This document shows positions 1-10,570 of a DNA stretch of 64,000 nt, piece by piece; positions within the stretch are counted from its first letter, which is position 1, and the number at the start of each line of letters is the position of its first letter. The notes below the pieces were generated by a model. It searched no databases, was not told the origin of the DNA, and was given only the letters and a program-made list of their open reading frames with translations. The stretch comes from Patescibacteria group bacterium (GTDB taxonomy: Bacteria > Patescibacteriota > Patescibacteriia > UM-FILTER-42-10), in contig JAHJEX010000006.1 in the NCBI GenBank assembly GCA_018825385.1, forward strand, positions 186-64,185. The letters are read 5' to 3'. The position numbers and the translations under genes were made by a program.

Positions 1-20
1 CAGGCCTAACAGTTTTCAAG

Positions 21-263
21 ACTGTCCCATTCGACCGCTCTGGCACTCCTCCATATACTATTTGCGAACTTTAATAAAATTTACTAATTAGCAGTTTTTC
101 CCGCCGTAGGCGGTGGCAAGACTGTCCCATTCGACCGCTCTGGCACTCCTCCATATACTATTTGCGAACTTTAATAAAAATTTACTAATTAGCAGTTTTT
201 CCCGCCTTTGGCGGGACCCCGCCGTAGGCGGTGGCAAGACTGTCCCATTCGACCGCTCTGGCC
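21..263. repeat. tandem direct repeat: ~100-bp unit, about 2.4 copies (21-120; 121-239 with 1-nt and 17-nt insertions; partial 240-263)
   Basis: The unit recurs almost exactly and starts actgtcccattcgaccgctctggcactcc... Each unit ends with a short GC hairpin (ccgcc-gta-ggcgg). Copy 2 gains an extra hairpin (cccgcc-tttg-gcggg). The sequence between repeat cores is identical, so this is not CRISPR. Confidence 0.8.
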
Positions 264-309
264 CGCTTCGCTCTCGCGAAGCGAGGTGAGCACTCTTTCA
301 TTTTTTAGA

Positions 310-1053
310 CTAATTTATCCTACCATTATTGTTTGGATTTATCAACCCCTCTTTTGCCAGTACAAAAGCACTTACCGATCTACAGCCAGCCTTCTTTAAG
401 GCAAGAGAAGCTTCTTTGATAGTTGCTCCTGTGGTGAGAACATCATCAACAAGAATTATGTCTTTATTTTTAACTTGGTTAGGATCTGGACAAACAAAAG
501 AATTTTTTATATTCAGAAGCCTCTCCTTTTTATTTAGGGTCATTTGAGATTTTGTATTTCTTACTCTAACTAATAATTCAGAATTTGTTTGTACTTGCAG
601 AATCTGTGAAATCCTATCGCCAATAAGCTTTGACTGATTAAATCCCCTTTCCGCGAAACGTTTTTTGTGTAGGGGGATTGGCACAAGTATGCAATTTTTA
701 TTTACAGTAAAAGTTTTTTGCTCATCAAAAAAAAGATTTAGCAATAATGCAAATGCATCAGTGATGTTTGAAGCAAAATTGTATTTCAAATTATGGAGCA
801 TATTTTTGAGTAGGGGATTTTGATATGCGGTAAGGGCAAATAAGGAATCCAGTTGAGATTCATTTTGGCACGGCAAACACATCTTATTATCTTTAATATG
901 CTTACCACACCACAAACAAACATCCTTTGAATACAGGGGTATTTGTTCTGAACAATCTTTGCAAAGCCATGCTCCTTCAATTCCACAACCAAAACAGTTA
1001 GAAGGGAAAATAAGTTCAATAATGATTTGTAATATTTTTTTAGTCTGACTCAT
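310..1053 (-). CDS. comFC: ComF family protein (ComFC-like phosphoribosyltransferase with N-terminal double zinc ribbon)
   Basis: Zinc ribbon FPSNCFGCG...CKDC...CLWCGKH. PRTase motif ILVDDVLTTGATI. The longest ORF extends to 1128, but the Met at 1053 (MSQTKKIL...) gives the usual ComF N-terminus and lies just downstream of the clpC terminator. Confidence 0.8.
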   Translation of the reverse strand: MSQTKKILQIIIELIFPSNCFGCGIEGAWLCKDCSEQIPLYSKDVCLWCGKHIKDNKMCLPCQNESQLDSLFALTAYQNPLLKNMLHNLKYNFASNITDAFALLLNLFFDEQKTFTVNKNCILVPIPLHKKRFAERGFNQSKLIGDRISQILQVQTNSELLVRVRNTKSQMTLNKKERLLNIKNSFVCPDPNQVKNKDIILVDDVLTTGATIKEASLALKKAGCRSVSAFVLAKEGLINPNNNGRIN

Positions 1054-1058
1054 TTTGT

Positions 1059-1085
1059 AAAAAAAACCGGGCAAAGGACGCCCGG
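1059..1085 (-). terminator. rho-independent terminator downstream of clpC
   Basis: On the minus strand: CCGGGC-gtccttt-GCCCGG followed by T8. Confidence 0.6.
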
Positions 1086-1111
1086 CGATTGATAAATAGA
1101 TTATATAATAT

Positions 1112-3607
1112 TTAGTCTTCCAATACAACCTTTCTTTGCTTTGTCTTTACTTTAATTGATTCACCCTTCTGTACGTCATTTTTGAGCATTTTATCGGCAA
1201 GTGGATTTTCTACGTATTCTTGGATTACGCGCCTTACTTCTCGTGCTCCTTTTTCCGGTGCAAAACTTTTGTTTGTCAGCAGATCAATGGCAGTTTTAGA
1301 AAGCTCCATTTCAATTCCCTGTGCGTGTAATCTTTCCTTCAGCTCGGCAATCTGTATTTCAACAATTTTTCTAATTGAAGATTTGTCCAGTGGTTTAAAT
1401 ACAGAAATTTTATCTATTCTATTTAGGAATTCTGGCTTAAACTTTTTTTCCAATTCTTTCAACACCTGTTGTTTTATAGATTCATAATTAAGTCTAGATT
1501 CTTCTTTCTCGGACTCAAATCCAATCACGCCTTGGTTTAACAATGATAAGCCAACATTTGATGTGAGAATGATAATTGTGTTTTTGAAGTTTATCTTTTT
1601 TCCTATAGCATCGGTCAAATGCCCATCTTCTAAAACCTGGAGTAGTAAATTGAATATTTCAGGATGAGCCTTTTCTATCTCGTCAAATAGTACTACTGAA
1701 TATGGTTTTCGACGTACACTTTCGGTAAGCTTGCCTCCGTCCTTGTATCCAACATAACCTGCCGGCGCTCCAATTAGTTTAGATGCTTGAAAACTTTCTG
1801 AATATTCTGACATATCAATTCTGATTAAGGAATCATCGCTGCCGAAAACGGTTTTTGCTACAACCCTCGCCATTTCAGTTTTTCCTACGCCTGTCGGACC
1901 CAAGAAAATAAATGATCCAAATGGTCGATCAGGGTGGCTCAAACCGGCCCGTGATCTTTTTATAAATCCACTAATATCCTTTATTACTTCAGATTGCCCT
2001 ATGATGTGCTTACTTATTACTTTTTCTAGATTTATGATTTTTTCCTTATCCTCAATGCTTAATTCGGTCAAAGGGATTTTTGTAATTTTACTAATGACTT
2101 CAACAATATCTTCTTCGGTTATTTTTCCCAAAGGTTTTTGATGGAGCTCTGTCTGCTTCTTTTTTAGTTCTGCCAATTCCTTTACTAGATTGATCTCTTT
2201 GTTGCGAATACTCATTGCTTCTTCAAATTTTTCCTGCAGCACCGCGGTTTCTTTATCTTCATGACAGTTATGTAGATCTTTCTTGACTGCATTTAACTTT
2301 TCAGTAATGGGATCTAATTTCTGGTGGATACGGAATCTGGAAGCAGATTCATCTATCAAATCAATAGCTTTATCAGGAAGAAATTTATCCTGCATATAAC
2401 GTTCACTCAATCGCACCGCTGCTTCTAATGCTTCATCTGTTATTGTAACTCGATGATACTTTTCGTAATTTCCTCTTATTCCTTTTAATACCTCCAAAGT
2501 TTCTTCAACAGATGGTTCTTCAACAAGAATAGGTTGAAATCTTCTTTCTAACGCAGCATCAGATTCAATATGTTTTCGATACTCGTCAAGCGTTGTAGCG
2601 CCGATGCATCTTATTTCCCCTTTAGCAAGCGATGGTTTGAGAATATTTGCAGCATCCATAGATCCGGATGTAGTGCCGGCTCCAATAATCATATGAACCT
2701 CATCAATAAACAGAATTATATTTGAATCAGCTTTAATTTCGTCAATAATTTGTTTAATTCTTCCTTCAAACTCTCCTCTATAAATTGTTCCAGCAACAAC
2801 AAGACTTAAATCAAGGCTCAATACTTTTTTATCCTGAAGAATTACAGGTACATTACCCTCGGAAATGCGTTTAGCCAGTCCTTCTGCAATGGCAGTTTTT
2901 CCTGTACCGGGTTCGCCTATAAGAACAGGATTGTTTTTTGTACGTCGGGCCAAAACATGAATAAGTCTGCTTATTTCTTCATTTCTACCAATCACTGGAT
3001 CAATGTTTTTCTGTATATCTTTATTAGTTAAATCTGTGCAGAAAAATTCTAGAGCAGTCCCGGGAAGATTTTCTTTTATCTCATTGTCTCCAATACTAAG
3101 TTCTTTATTATCTTCAAAAATTCTTGTGATATCTGGAAATTTTGAAGTACTTTTTAAAACAGTGTTTAAATGTTGAGTTAGTTCGTCGATTTTGATATTA
3201 GATTGAGCAAACAATTTTTCAATTTCACTGTCTTTTATTTTTAGTAATGCATAAAGCAAATGCTCTGTCCCCACATATTTGTGGTGGTATTGTGAAGATA
3301 TGAGAGCTGATTTTTCAAGTACTTTTTTGCTCTCATCAGTAAATCGGGGTACTAGTGTTGAGATGCTTTTTACTGAATCAATAGGCTCCTTTACTCCGAC
3401 AGATGATTGTGAAATGCCACTTGGCCTTTGCCTAAAACCAACTTTTGTCAAAACCTCTGATCCGATACTCCCTCTTTGCTGTAGTAGTCCATTGAGCAGA
3501 TCAAGCGGACTTATTTTTTCGCGTTTTGATTGCAAAGCCAATTCTGACGCAGTTTTTAGCACGTTTTTGAGATTGGTAGTAAATTTATTTATAATATCAG
3601 GAGTCAT
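1112..3607 (-). CDS. clpC: ATP-dependent Clp protease ATP-binding subunit ClpC-like (two AAA+ modules, Clp_N repeats)
   Basis: Clp_N repeats. D1 Walker [17 protein letters not shown]2 Walker [16 protein letters not shown]. 831 aa with a short middle domain. Confidence 0.9.
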   Translation of the reverse strand: MTPDIINKFTTNLKNVLKTASELALQSKREKISPLDLLNGLLQQRGSIGSEVLTKVGFRQRPSGISQSSVGVKEPIDSVKSISTLVPRFTDESKKVLEKSALISSQYHHKYVGTEHLLYALLKIKDSEIEKLFAQSNIKIDELTQHLNTVLKSTSKFPDITRIFEDNKELSIGDNEIKENLPGTALEFFCTDLTNKDIQKNIDPVIGRNEEISRLIHVLARRTKNNPVLIGEPGTGKTAIAEGLAKRISEGNVPVILQDKKVLSLDLSLVVAGTIYRGEFEGRIKQIIDEIKADSNIILFIDEVHMIIGAGTTSGSMDAANILKPSLAKGEIRCIGATTLDEYRKHIESDAALERRFQPILVEEPSVEETLEVLKGIRGNYEKYHRVTITDEALEAAVRLSERYMQDKFLPDKAIDLIDESASRFRIHQKLDPITEKLNAVKKDLHNCHEDKETAVLQEKFEEAMSIRNKEINLVKELAELKKKQTELHQKPLGKITEEDIVEVISKITKIPLTELSIEDKEKIINLEKVISKHIIGQSEVIKDISGFIKRSRAGLSHPDRPFGSFIFLGPTGVGKTEMARVVAKTVFGSDDSLIRIDMSEYSESFQASKLIGAPAGYVGYKDGGKLTESVRRKPYSVVLFDEIEKAHPEIFNLLLQVLEDGHLTDAIGKKINFKNTIIILTSNVGLSLLNQGVIGFESEKEESRLNYESIKQQVLKELEKKFKPEFLNRIDKISVFKPLDKSSIRKIVEIQIAELKERLHAQGIEMELSKTAIDLLTNKSFAPEKGAREVRRVIQEYVENPLADKMLKNDVQKGESIKVKTKQRKVVLED

Positions 3608-3624
3608 AGATGATGTATTGTTAA

Positions 3625-4518
3625 TTATGCCATCTCTCTGAGAGTTTTTATTCTCTCTTCTACAGGAGGGTGAGTAGAAAATAGCTTTGCTAAACCCTTT
3701 CGTGCTTTGTGACCAAATGGATTGGAAATATATAGATGTGCAGTTGAATTGTTTGCTCTTAACATTGGTTCAACATTCACTTTTTCTATTTTTTCTAGCG
3801 CATTGGCTAAGCCAGCAGGATATCTGGTCAAAAGTGCACCGGAAGCGTCAGCAAGGAACTCTCTTTTTCTAGAAACTGCCAGTTTTATTAGTTGGGCAAT
3901 GATCGGAGCAAATATTAGTAAAACAAGTCCTATAACCATTATTATAATTTGTAATTGTCCTCCACCTCGAGAACTTTTTCTACCGCCAAAAAAACTGATT
4001 CTAAAAAACCAATTAGATAGTAATGCTATCACACCAACACAAATAATTACCAAGGTCATTAATCGGATGTCGTAATTCTTTATATGGGACATTTCATGTG
4101 CTAATACTCCTTCTAATTCTTCATTCTCCAGTTTTTCAATTGCTCCGGATGTAACAGCAATTGAGGCATGCTCCGGATCCCGACCAGTAGCGAAAGCATT
4201 GATTGCTGGATCGGATATAATGTGAATCTTAGGCATAGCAATCCCGGCAGTTATACTCAAATTCTCCACCATACGATAAACATATGGATTTTGCTCTTTG
4301 GTAATCGGTTTTGCTCCCGAAGTCCACAAAGCAACCTTATCTCCAGAAAAATATCCATAAAGTGACATCAAAACTGCAATTATAAGGGCAAGAATCAACC
4401 CGAAATATCCCATCTCGGTTAATTCACCAAATACCCAGCCAACCAGTCCTATTATTACAACAAAAAGAACAATCAGTATTATAGACTTTCTCTTGTTGGA
4501 ATCAATTTGTTTATACAT
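3625..4518 (-). CDS. htpX: HtpX-type M48 membrane metalloprotease
   Basis: HExxH motif HEMSHIKNYD. N-terminal TM helices. Typical HtpX length. Confidence 0.85.
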   Translation of the reverse strand: MYKQIDSNKRKSIILIVLFVVIIGLVGWVFGELTEMGYFGLILALIIAVLMSLYGYFSGDKVALWTSGAKPITKEQNPYVYRMVENLSITAGIAMPKIHIISDPAINAFATGRDPEHASIAVTSGAIEKLENEELEGVLAHEMSHIKNYDIRLMTLVIICVGVIALLSNWFFRISFFGGRKSSRGGGQLQIIIMVIGLVLLIFAPIIAQLIKLAVSRKREFLADASGALLTRYPAGLANALEKIEKVNVEPMLRANNSTAHLYISNPFGHKARKGLAKLFSTHPPVEERIKTLREMA

Positions 4519-4533
4519 TTTCTAAGGTCATAG

Positions 4534-4556
4534 AAGCGCGGAAAAGAATTCCGCGC
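4534..4556. other. perfect 9-bp inverted repeat hairpin (agcgcggaa-aagaa-ttccgcgct) between lemA and htpX
   Basis: Seen directly in the sequence. Possible weak terminator or operator; the flanking T-tract is poor. Confidence 0.4.
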
Positions 4557-4579
4557 TCCGTTCTAAATTAGAATAAAGA

Positions 4580-5137
4580 TTAGAATTTTACTTCAACGTT
4601 TTCTCTTTGCTCTGCTTCTTCGATCTCAAAGAATTCTTTCTTCTTAAAACCAAGCATGCTGGCAATCATGTTGGTTGGGAATACCTGAAGTTTTGTGTTG
4701 AAATCGCGAACGTTGCCGTTGTAGAATCTTCTTGAAGCCTGAATTTTATTTTCTGTATCAGATAATTCATCCTGAAGCTTAGCAAAATTCTGATTTGCTT
4801 TAAGATCTGGATAATTCTCAGCAACAGCAAAGAGTGATTTAAGGGTTCCGGCTAACATGTTTTCAGCCTTTCCTTGTTCCTCTGGAGTTGTTGCCTGCAT
4901 CGCATTACTACGAGCCTTGGTCACGTTTTCAAAAAGCTGCTTCTCGTGTGAAGCATAACCCTTAACGGTTTCAACCAGGTTAGGGATTAAGTCATATCTT
5001 CGTTTTAGTTGAACATCAATATCTGACCAAGCTTCGTCTGTTCTATTTCTTAGGCGAATAAGACCGTTGTAGGTAGCTACAAACCAAAGAATAACAATGG
5101 CTATTATACCTACCACAACCCATAACAATGTACTCAT
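4580..5137 (-). CDS. lemA: LemA family membrane protein
   Basis: N-terminal TM helix followed by the LemA-like core ([34 protein letters not shown]). Confidence 0.8.
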   Translation of the reverse strand: MSTLLWVVVGIIAIVILWFVATYNGLIRLRNRTDEAWSDIDVQLKRRYDLIPNLVETVKGYASHEKQLFENVTKARSNAMQATTPEEQGKAENMLAGTLKSLFAVAENYPDLKANQNFAKLQDELSDTENKIQASRRFYNGNVRDFNTKLQVFPTNMIASMLGFKKKEFFEIEEAEQRENVEVKF

Positions 5138-5176
5138 GAATATTCCTTTCTTTAATAATTCTTAGATTTTTTGTTT

Positions 5177-5713
5177 TTAAAGCCCAATTGAGAGTACTTT
5201 TATTTCGTAAGCCTGAAAGCTTGTCTTTCCATAAATATTTTCATCAGCCTCTGCAATAATATTATCTCCTATCTGGATATCACTTATTTGAATTGATTTT
5301 TCTCGTTCATATTCCTCACCCTCTTCCAGCGAATCAGGATTAACAGGCGGTTTCGTAATATCTATTTTGCGAAAAATAGTGCTTTCTGTAGTAGTAATAT
5401 TAACGGTCTTTTCAACGGAAATATCATTTTCAGCTACTTTTGCGGTAATATCGATCTGATTACCGTTTACTCCTGTTACCTGGCCTTTGTATGCAGTAAT
5501 GTTTTTTGCTTCTTCATACTCATAACCAGCTGGTTGTATGGCCACTTGCTGAGTGCTCGGCTCTACAGCCTTTTCATCCGCATTGCTTTGTCCCCATTGA
5601 TATCCCACTATTAAAGTGACGGTTGCAACAATCACAGTAATTATTGTAGCAGTGAGAGCTACTTTTTCACAACTTTTCAAAAAAGTACTTTGATTACTTT
5701 TGCTGGTTGACAT
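5177..5713 (-). CDS. hypothetical signal-anchored secreted protein
   Basis: Single N-terminal TM helix; the rest is hydrophilic. No recognisable motif. Confidence 0.5.
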   Translation of the reverse strand: MSTSKSNQSTFLKSCEKVALTATIITVIVATVTLIVGYQWGQSNADEKAVEPSTQQVAIQPAGYEYEEAKNITAYKGQVTGVNGNQIDITAKVAENDISVEKTVNITTTESTIFRKIDITKPPVNPDSLEEGEEYEREKSIQISDIQIGDNIIAEADENIYGKTSFQAYEIKVLSIGL

Positions 5714-5847
5714 TTCTTTTTACTTATGTTAGAATAACTAATATACTATTGGCTATTTTCAGATTATATTATATAATTTTATTGGATGTTTTGTCAAAGC
5801 GGGTGCAAATAGATGCGTGGTAATTTCTCCCTTTAACAGATAAAAAT

Positions 5848-7428
5848 ATGAAGAAAAAAAACAAAAAATCATTGATAGCAGCTTCCCTGAAGGCAAGTAA
5901 GGTAGCTGTTTTTTGTTTAATTGTAGCGGGTTTTGGCATAGTTGGAGGGATTATCACCCCAAATGTGTTTGCAGCTGTTTGGCAATCTCCAACCGTCACT
6001 CCTCCTGATTTCCCTGCAGAATTAGAACCTCCACTAAACACATCCGTATTTGTCCAAGAAAAGAAGGGCGGTCTTAGTGTAGCAACTCTAGACGGTAGTT
6101 TAGGTGTGGGAACAACAGTTGTGGGCACAAACAAGCTATATGTGAATGGTACTACTTATTTAGAAGGAAATGTCGGTATCGATGGGACTTTGAGTGTTTC
6201 AGCAACGGCAAGCGTTTTAGATTTACTGACTAACAGTGCAACAGTAGCCAATGATTTGAATGTTAATAGCGGATTGCTTAGCGTAAATAGCAGTAGTAAT
6301 TCTATTTTTATAAATGCCATAAATGATTTTGGGATAGTAAACATTGCTGCGGGAGATGAGTCAGGAATATTTGCAAAAAACAATTCTAGCAGTAACGCAG
6401 CTATACAAGGGGTTAACAATTCTTTGCTAGGAGGCACTGGTGTTTATGGATATGGTCAAGAATATGGTATATGGGGGGTCTCTTCTACAAAATACGGCGT
6501 GTTAGCTGATGCAAGAGATTTTGGAGCAGGAGGATTATATGCAAGAGGAGGAGACACTCGCTACGGAGCTGTTGGCCGGGGATTATATGGAGTTATAGGT
6601 TTGGATAATACAGAAGATGTTAATAACCCCACATTCAATGGTCCTGCTGAAACTCTAGCCGGATTGTTTGAGGGGTCTGTTGAAATAGTGCCAAGTGCCG
6701 GAGGAAATGCAGACTTGACTGTTAACAGTGATACGTTTGTTGTTGACTCTTCTACAAATAGAGTAGGAATTGGCACAAATAGTCCAATTGTTGCACTTCA
6801 TACCATAGGTGTTAGTGACCAATCAGCCGTTTACGCTCAGGCGGGAACAAACACAATGTGGCAAGATTATGATGGTCCCACTGCAACGGTGGCCGGTATA
6901 TATGGTGAAGGAGGAACTGTTACCTATGATGGTGCTGGAACAGGTTGGAATTTTGGCGTGTTTGGTAAGGCAGGTGATCCGGGGTCAGGAAGATCTGTAG
7001 GGATTATGGGATCCGATTTCAATGGAGTCGGCGATACATATGCCGGATGGTTTGATGGCAAAGTTGAAGTTGAAGGACAGGTGTCTGTCAGTGGTAAATT
7101 AAGCACCTTATCCAGTTTAGAAGTTGCTGGAGATATGGTTGGATACGGTGGTTTAAATCTCACTGGTGATATTGATATTTATGGAGATATCACATATTTA
7201 GGGAAACTAAGAATGGACGGCGGACTTCTGGTAATGCAAGGCGGAACGACATGTGATGTTGGACCTGACAACTATGCTGAAGGTACTATGTTTGTGTGTC
7301 ATTTCTGCCCAACCCCAACAGGACAGCGTAAGCATTCAGTAATGGCGAGAATGAATGGAGTATGGATCGATATTGGGTATACATTAGGGGATGCTTGTAA
7401 TGCTGGTCCTTATGTACCAGAAACATAG
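5848..7428 (+). CDS. secreted Gly/Asn/Thr-rich beta-repeat protein, paralog 1 (tail-fibre/adhesin-like)
   Basis: Signal peptide ending VFA|AVWQSP. Repeats LYVNGTTYLEGN, NRVGIGTNSP. C-terminal CxxC (VCHFCP). Roughly 60-70% identity to paralog 2, including near-identical nucleotide stretches. Confidence 0.75.
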   Translation: MKKKNKKSLIAASLKASKVAVFCLIVAGFGIVGGIITPNVFAAVWQSPTVTPPDFPAELEPPLNTSVFVQEKKGGLSVATLDGSLGVGTTVVGTNKLYVNGTTYLEGNVGIDGTLSVSATASVLDLLTNSATVANDLNVNSGLLSVNSSSNSIFINAINDFGIVNIAAGDESGIFAKNNSSSNAAIQGVNNSLLGGTGVYGYGQEYGIWGVSSTKYGVLADARDFGAGGLYARGGDTRYGAVGRGLYGVIGLDNTEDVNNPTFNGPAETLAGLFEGSVEIVPSAGGNADLTVNSDTFVVDSSTNRVGIGTNSPIVALHTIGVSDQSAVYAQAGTNTMWQDYDGPTATVAGIYGEGGTVTYDGAGTGWNFGVFGKAGDPGSGRSVGIMGSDFNGVGDTYAGWFDGKVEVEGQVSVSGKLSTLSSLEVAGDMVGYGGLNLTGDIDIYGDITYLGKLRMDGGLLVMQGGTTCDVGPDNYAEGTMFVCHFCPTPTGQRKHSVMARMNGVWIDIGYTLGDACNAGPYVPET

Positions 7429-7438
7429 AAAGATTTAA

Positions 7439-9010
7439 ATGAAAGAAGCACTTAAAAAGTTTAATAAAACAGCAACTATCAGTGTTTGCATTGCTCTATT
7501 ATGTCTTATTGCTGGATTCGGTGTGAATATTGTAATAGCGGCTACTTGGCAGGACCCAGCCGTAGCACCTCCTCATTTAGGCAGTTTGGAACCCGTTCTT
7601 AATACATCTCTATATGCTCAGGAGAAAATAGGGGGGCTTAATATAGCAACTCAAGACGGTAGTCTGGGTGTGGGTACTACAGTAGTGGGCACAAACAAAC
7701 TGTATGTGGGGGGCACTACTTTTTTGGAAGGAAATGCGGATATTAATGGCGATCTGAGTGTTTCAGCATCAACAAACGTTTTAGATTTACTGACTGACAG
7801 TGCAACAGTAGCCAATGATTTGAATGTTCATGGTGGCTTATTGAATGTTGATAGTGCAACTAATTCCATCTTTATTAACAGTATAAATAATTCAGGTTTG
7901 CTAAATGTAGAAGCAGAAGATGGATCAGGAATAGTTGCTATTAATAATTCTAACAGTAATGCAGCCATACAGGGAGTTAATGATTCTGTGGTAGGAGGGA
8001 CAGGCATTTATGGATATGGCTTGGAGTATGGAATATCCTCACGTAGTAGCACAGGATACGGGATCCTAGCAGATGCAAAGGATACTGGAATAGGGGGTGT
8101 ATTTGCAAGAGGAAGAGATACTGGTTATGGACTTATTGCTAGAGGATCGTACGGAGTTGTGGGGTTTGATAATACAGAAAACATAGACAACCCTGTTTTT
8201 AGCGGTCCTGGCACAACACTGGCAGGATTATTTGAAGGTTCTGTAGACATAATTCCAAGCGCTGGAGGAAATGCAGATTTGGGAGTAAATGCAAATACGC
8301 TTTTTGTAAGTTCTTTTACTGACAAAGTTGGAGTTGGTACAGGCAACCCTGCTACCAAACTACATATTTGGGGAGCAAGCGACCTTTCAGCAACGTATGC
8401 GAAGGCAGGGGTAAATACTGCAGTAGCGGAATATGATGGTCCCACTGCAACGGTGGCCGGTATATATGGCGAAGGAGGAACTGTTACCTATAGTGGCTCA
8501 GGAACGGGTTGGGATTTTGGCGTGTTTGGCAAGGCAGGTAACCCGGGGGTAGGCAGATCAGTGGGAGTGATGGGAGTAGAAGATGGAGGAGGTAGTGACC
8601 AAACTTTTGCAGGCTGGTTTGATGGAGATTTGATAATAGGTGATTCACTAGAAACGGGTGAATATACTTCAGCGGGTGAACTGGAAATTGCTGGTGATAT
8701 GATTGGGAATGGTGATCTCAGTCTTACGGGTAATATTGTCGGGCAAGAGGATATCGCGTATTTTGGGAAGCTAAAAATGACCGGGGGGCTTCCGTTTATA
8801 CATGGTAGATTATTTACATGTGATCTGGCTCCGACAAATTATGCTGAAGGTACTATGTATGTTTGTGCCTGGTGCCCTTCTCTAGAGGCAAGTCGTTTCT
8901 TTGCACTAAAGGTGCGTATGAATAGAACTTGGGTAACTCTTGGCTACACGAAAGGAGGTCGCTGTAGTGGATCTTACGACCCTGAAGTCCCGGTTGACTC
9001 GCTACCATAG
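7439..9010 (+). CDS. secreted Gly-rich beta-repeat protein, paralog 2
   Basis: Same architecture as 5848-7428. Shares IAATWQDP, LYVGGTTFLEGN, DGPTATVAGIYGEGGTVTY, VCAWCP. Confidence 0.75.
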   Translation: MKEALKKFNKTATISVCIALLCLIAGFGVNIVIAATWQDPAVAPPHLGSLEPVLNTSLYAQEKIGGLNIATQDGSLGVGTTVVGTNKLYVGGTTFLEGNADINGDLSVSASTNVLDLLTDSATVANDLNVHGGLLNVDSATNSIFINSINNSGLLNVEAEDGSGIVAINNSNSNAAIQGVNDSVVGGTGIYGYGLEYGISSRSSTGYGILADAKDTGIGGVFARGRDTGYGLIARGSYGVVGFDNTENIDNPVFSGPGTTLAGLFEGSVDIIPSAGGNADLGVNANTLFVSSFTDKVGVGTGNPATKLHIWGASDLSATYAKAGVNTAVAEYDGPTATVAGIYGEGGTVTYSGSGTGWDFGVFGKAGNPGVGRSVGVMGVEDGGGSDQTFAGWFDGDLIIGDSLETGEYTSAGELEIAGDMIGNGDLSLTGNIVGQEDIAYFGKLKMTGGLPFIHGRLFTCDLAPTNYAEGTMYVCAWCPSLEASRFFALKVRMNRTWVTLGYTKGGRCSGSYDPEVPVDSLP

Positions 9011-9037
9011 AATTACAAAACTTAAGGATAAATAATT

Positions 9038-10549
9038 ATGAGAAAAATGATTACCAAACTAAATAAAACAGCAATTATCAGTGTTAGCATTGCAGTATTA
9101 AGTTTGGCGGTTGGTCTGGGGGTGAATATGGTATTTGCCGCCTGGACCACCCCTTCGGAATCCCCTCCGGGGGGTGATATTGCCGCTCCGATCAATGTTT
9201 CAGGTGCGGACCAAGGCAAAATTGGAGGCCTTCGATTGGGAAGTAGTAATTTACCACCTGCGCCGTATATGCTTTATGTTGATGGGGATGTGTTTGTGGA
9301 AGGGAGCATAGTACCCGGTTCAGCCGGCAGTTACACCATCGGAAATGAAACGGTGGGTTCTTGGGATGAACTTTGGCTGAATTCCGATGCTGACGGAGGA
9401 ATATTGGAAAATGGTATTCACTTCGCCGATCCTTCTGTTGGTATTAGGTATGATACGGCGAATAACAGATTTGATTTTTATAAGGATTCAGTTGTACTTT
9501 CAATAGGCGATAATGGCGATCTAAATACAGTGGGAGGTATTACTGCCGCAGGCGGGATGAATATTGATTCTAATACTTTGGTTGTAAATAATGCGAATAA
9601 CAGAGTTGGTGTTGGCACGGCTTCGCCTACTTATGCACTGGACATTGATTCCGGAGACATGAGTATTGCAAACGGCCGTCTTGTTATTGGTTCGCCGACA
9701 TTTCCTGATGCAGATTCAACACTTTATGTCGGAACCTCAGCAAATCCTGTTTCAACAGTTAGAGCAATAGCGGCCTATACTGACAAGGATACTCCTGAAG
9801 GCGCAGTATCAACAATCTATGGAAATAACATGGGAAATAACTGGAAAGCGGCGGTTGAAGGGGAGTCACATTTTGGTTATGGGATACTTGGAATAACTGA
9901 ATCTGGCGGCAGGGCAGGAGTGATCGGATTCAATTATGGTTACAGGCGACAAGGTGAAGCTGGTGAGCCAGTTGGAACTGATTTTGCTGCCGCGACAAAA
10001 GGGAGGAGTTGTGTGGATTCAAGTTGTGACGGTTTTGGCAGCGGTTGGTATGGTAGTACTACCGCAGCCAGACCTATCAGAGCTACAGGTGTATTTGGGG
10101 AAGGTTCTCATACAGATCTTTCCCAGGGTTATATTTATACATATGGCGTTTATGCAATGGCGGGGCGTGCCAGTGCCGGTTCAAGTTCCGAGCATATTTA
10201 TACATATGGACTTTATGCTACTGAAGGGGCAGAAACAAATGGCGGTGTGAGTTATGCAGGGTATTTTGCGGGCGACGTGCATGTAGAGGGCAATTTAACC
10301 ACAGATGCAGGATCCAGTGTTGGGATTGGTACGACAGAATTAACGGATGCCCTGCGTGTCGGAGGCAATTTACGGGTGGATAGTGAAGATACAGATCCTG
10401 CCTATTTGCAAATGGATACAAGAAGTGGAGCACCTGTTATCGCTGATTGTGATGCTGCAGATGAAATTGGAAGAATGGTTTTTGATACGAATAGCAATCT
10501 TTTGTATGTGTGCGATGATAGCGGATGGCTATCTGCTACACTCAACTGA
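9038..10549 (+). CDS. secreted Gly-rich beta-repeat protein, paralog 3 (divergent)
   Basis: Same N-terminal signal and AAWTTPSESPP start. NRVGVGTASPTYALDIDSG motif. Different C-terminus (CDAADEIGRMVFDTNSNLLYVCDDSGW). Confidence 0.7.
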   Translation: MRKMITKLNKTAIISVSIAVLSLAVGLGVNMVFAAWTTPSESPPGGDIAAPINVSGADQGKIGGLRLGSSNLPPAPYMLYVDGDVFVEGSIVPGSAGSYTIGNETVGSWDELWLNSDADGGILENGIHFADPSVGIRYDTANNRFDFYKDSVVLSIGDNGDLNTVGGITAAGGMNIDSNTLVVNNANNRVGVGTASPTYALDIDSGDMSIANGRLVIGSPTFPDADSTLYVGTSANPVSTVRAIAAYTDKDTPEGAVSTIYGNNMGNNWKAAVEGESHFGYGILGITESGGRAGVIGFNYGYRRQGEAGEPVGTDFAAATKGRSCVDSSCDGFGSGWYGSTTAARPIRATGVFGEGSHTDLSQGYIYTYGVYAMAGRASAGSSSEHIYTYGLYATEGAETNGGVSYAGYFAGDVHVEGNLTTDAGSSVGIGTTELTDALRVGGNLRVDSEDTDPAYLQMDTRSGAPVIADCDAADEIGRMVFDTNSNLLYVCDDSGWLSATLN

Positions 10550-10570
10550 TTGTCTTAGTGAATAGTAATT

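Noticed and set aside
21-263. Possible CRISPR array (a repeated 24-nt core separated by about 76 nt)
   Set aside because: The intervening segments are themselves identical between copies, so this is a tandem duplication of a 100-bp unit rather than repeat-spacer architecture. There are no cas genes nearby.
208-547. Small plus-strand ORFs (208-399, 329-547) at the left edge
   Set aside because: They overlap the repeat array and the 3-prime end of comFC on the opposite strand. No coding signal or motif.
5848-9010. Diversity-generating retroelement targeting the Gly-rich paralogs (near-identical nucleotide tracts between copies 1 and 2)
   Set aside because: No reverse transcriptase gene and no short template-repeat/variable-repeat pair with adenine-specific mismatches were seen. 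The identity is between whole gene segments, which fits gene conversion or duplication better.
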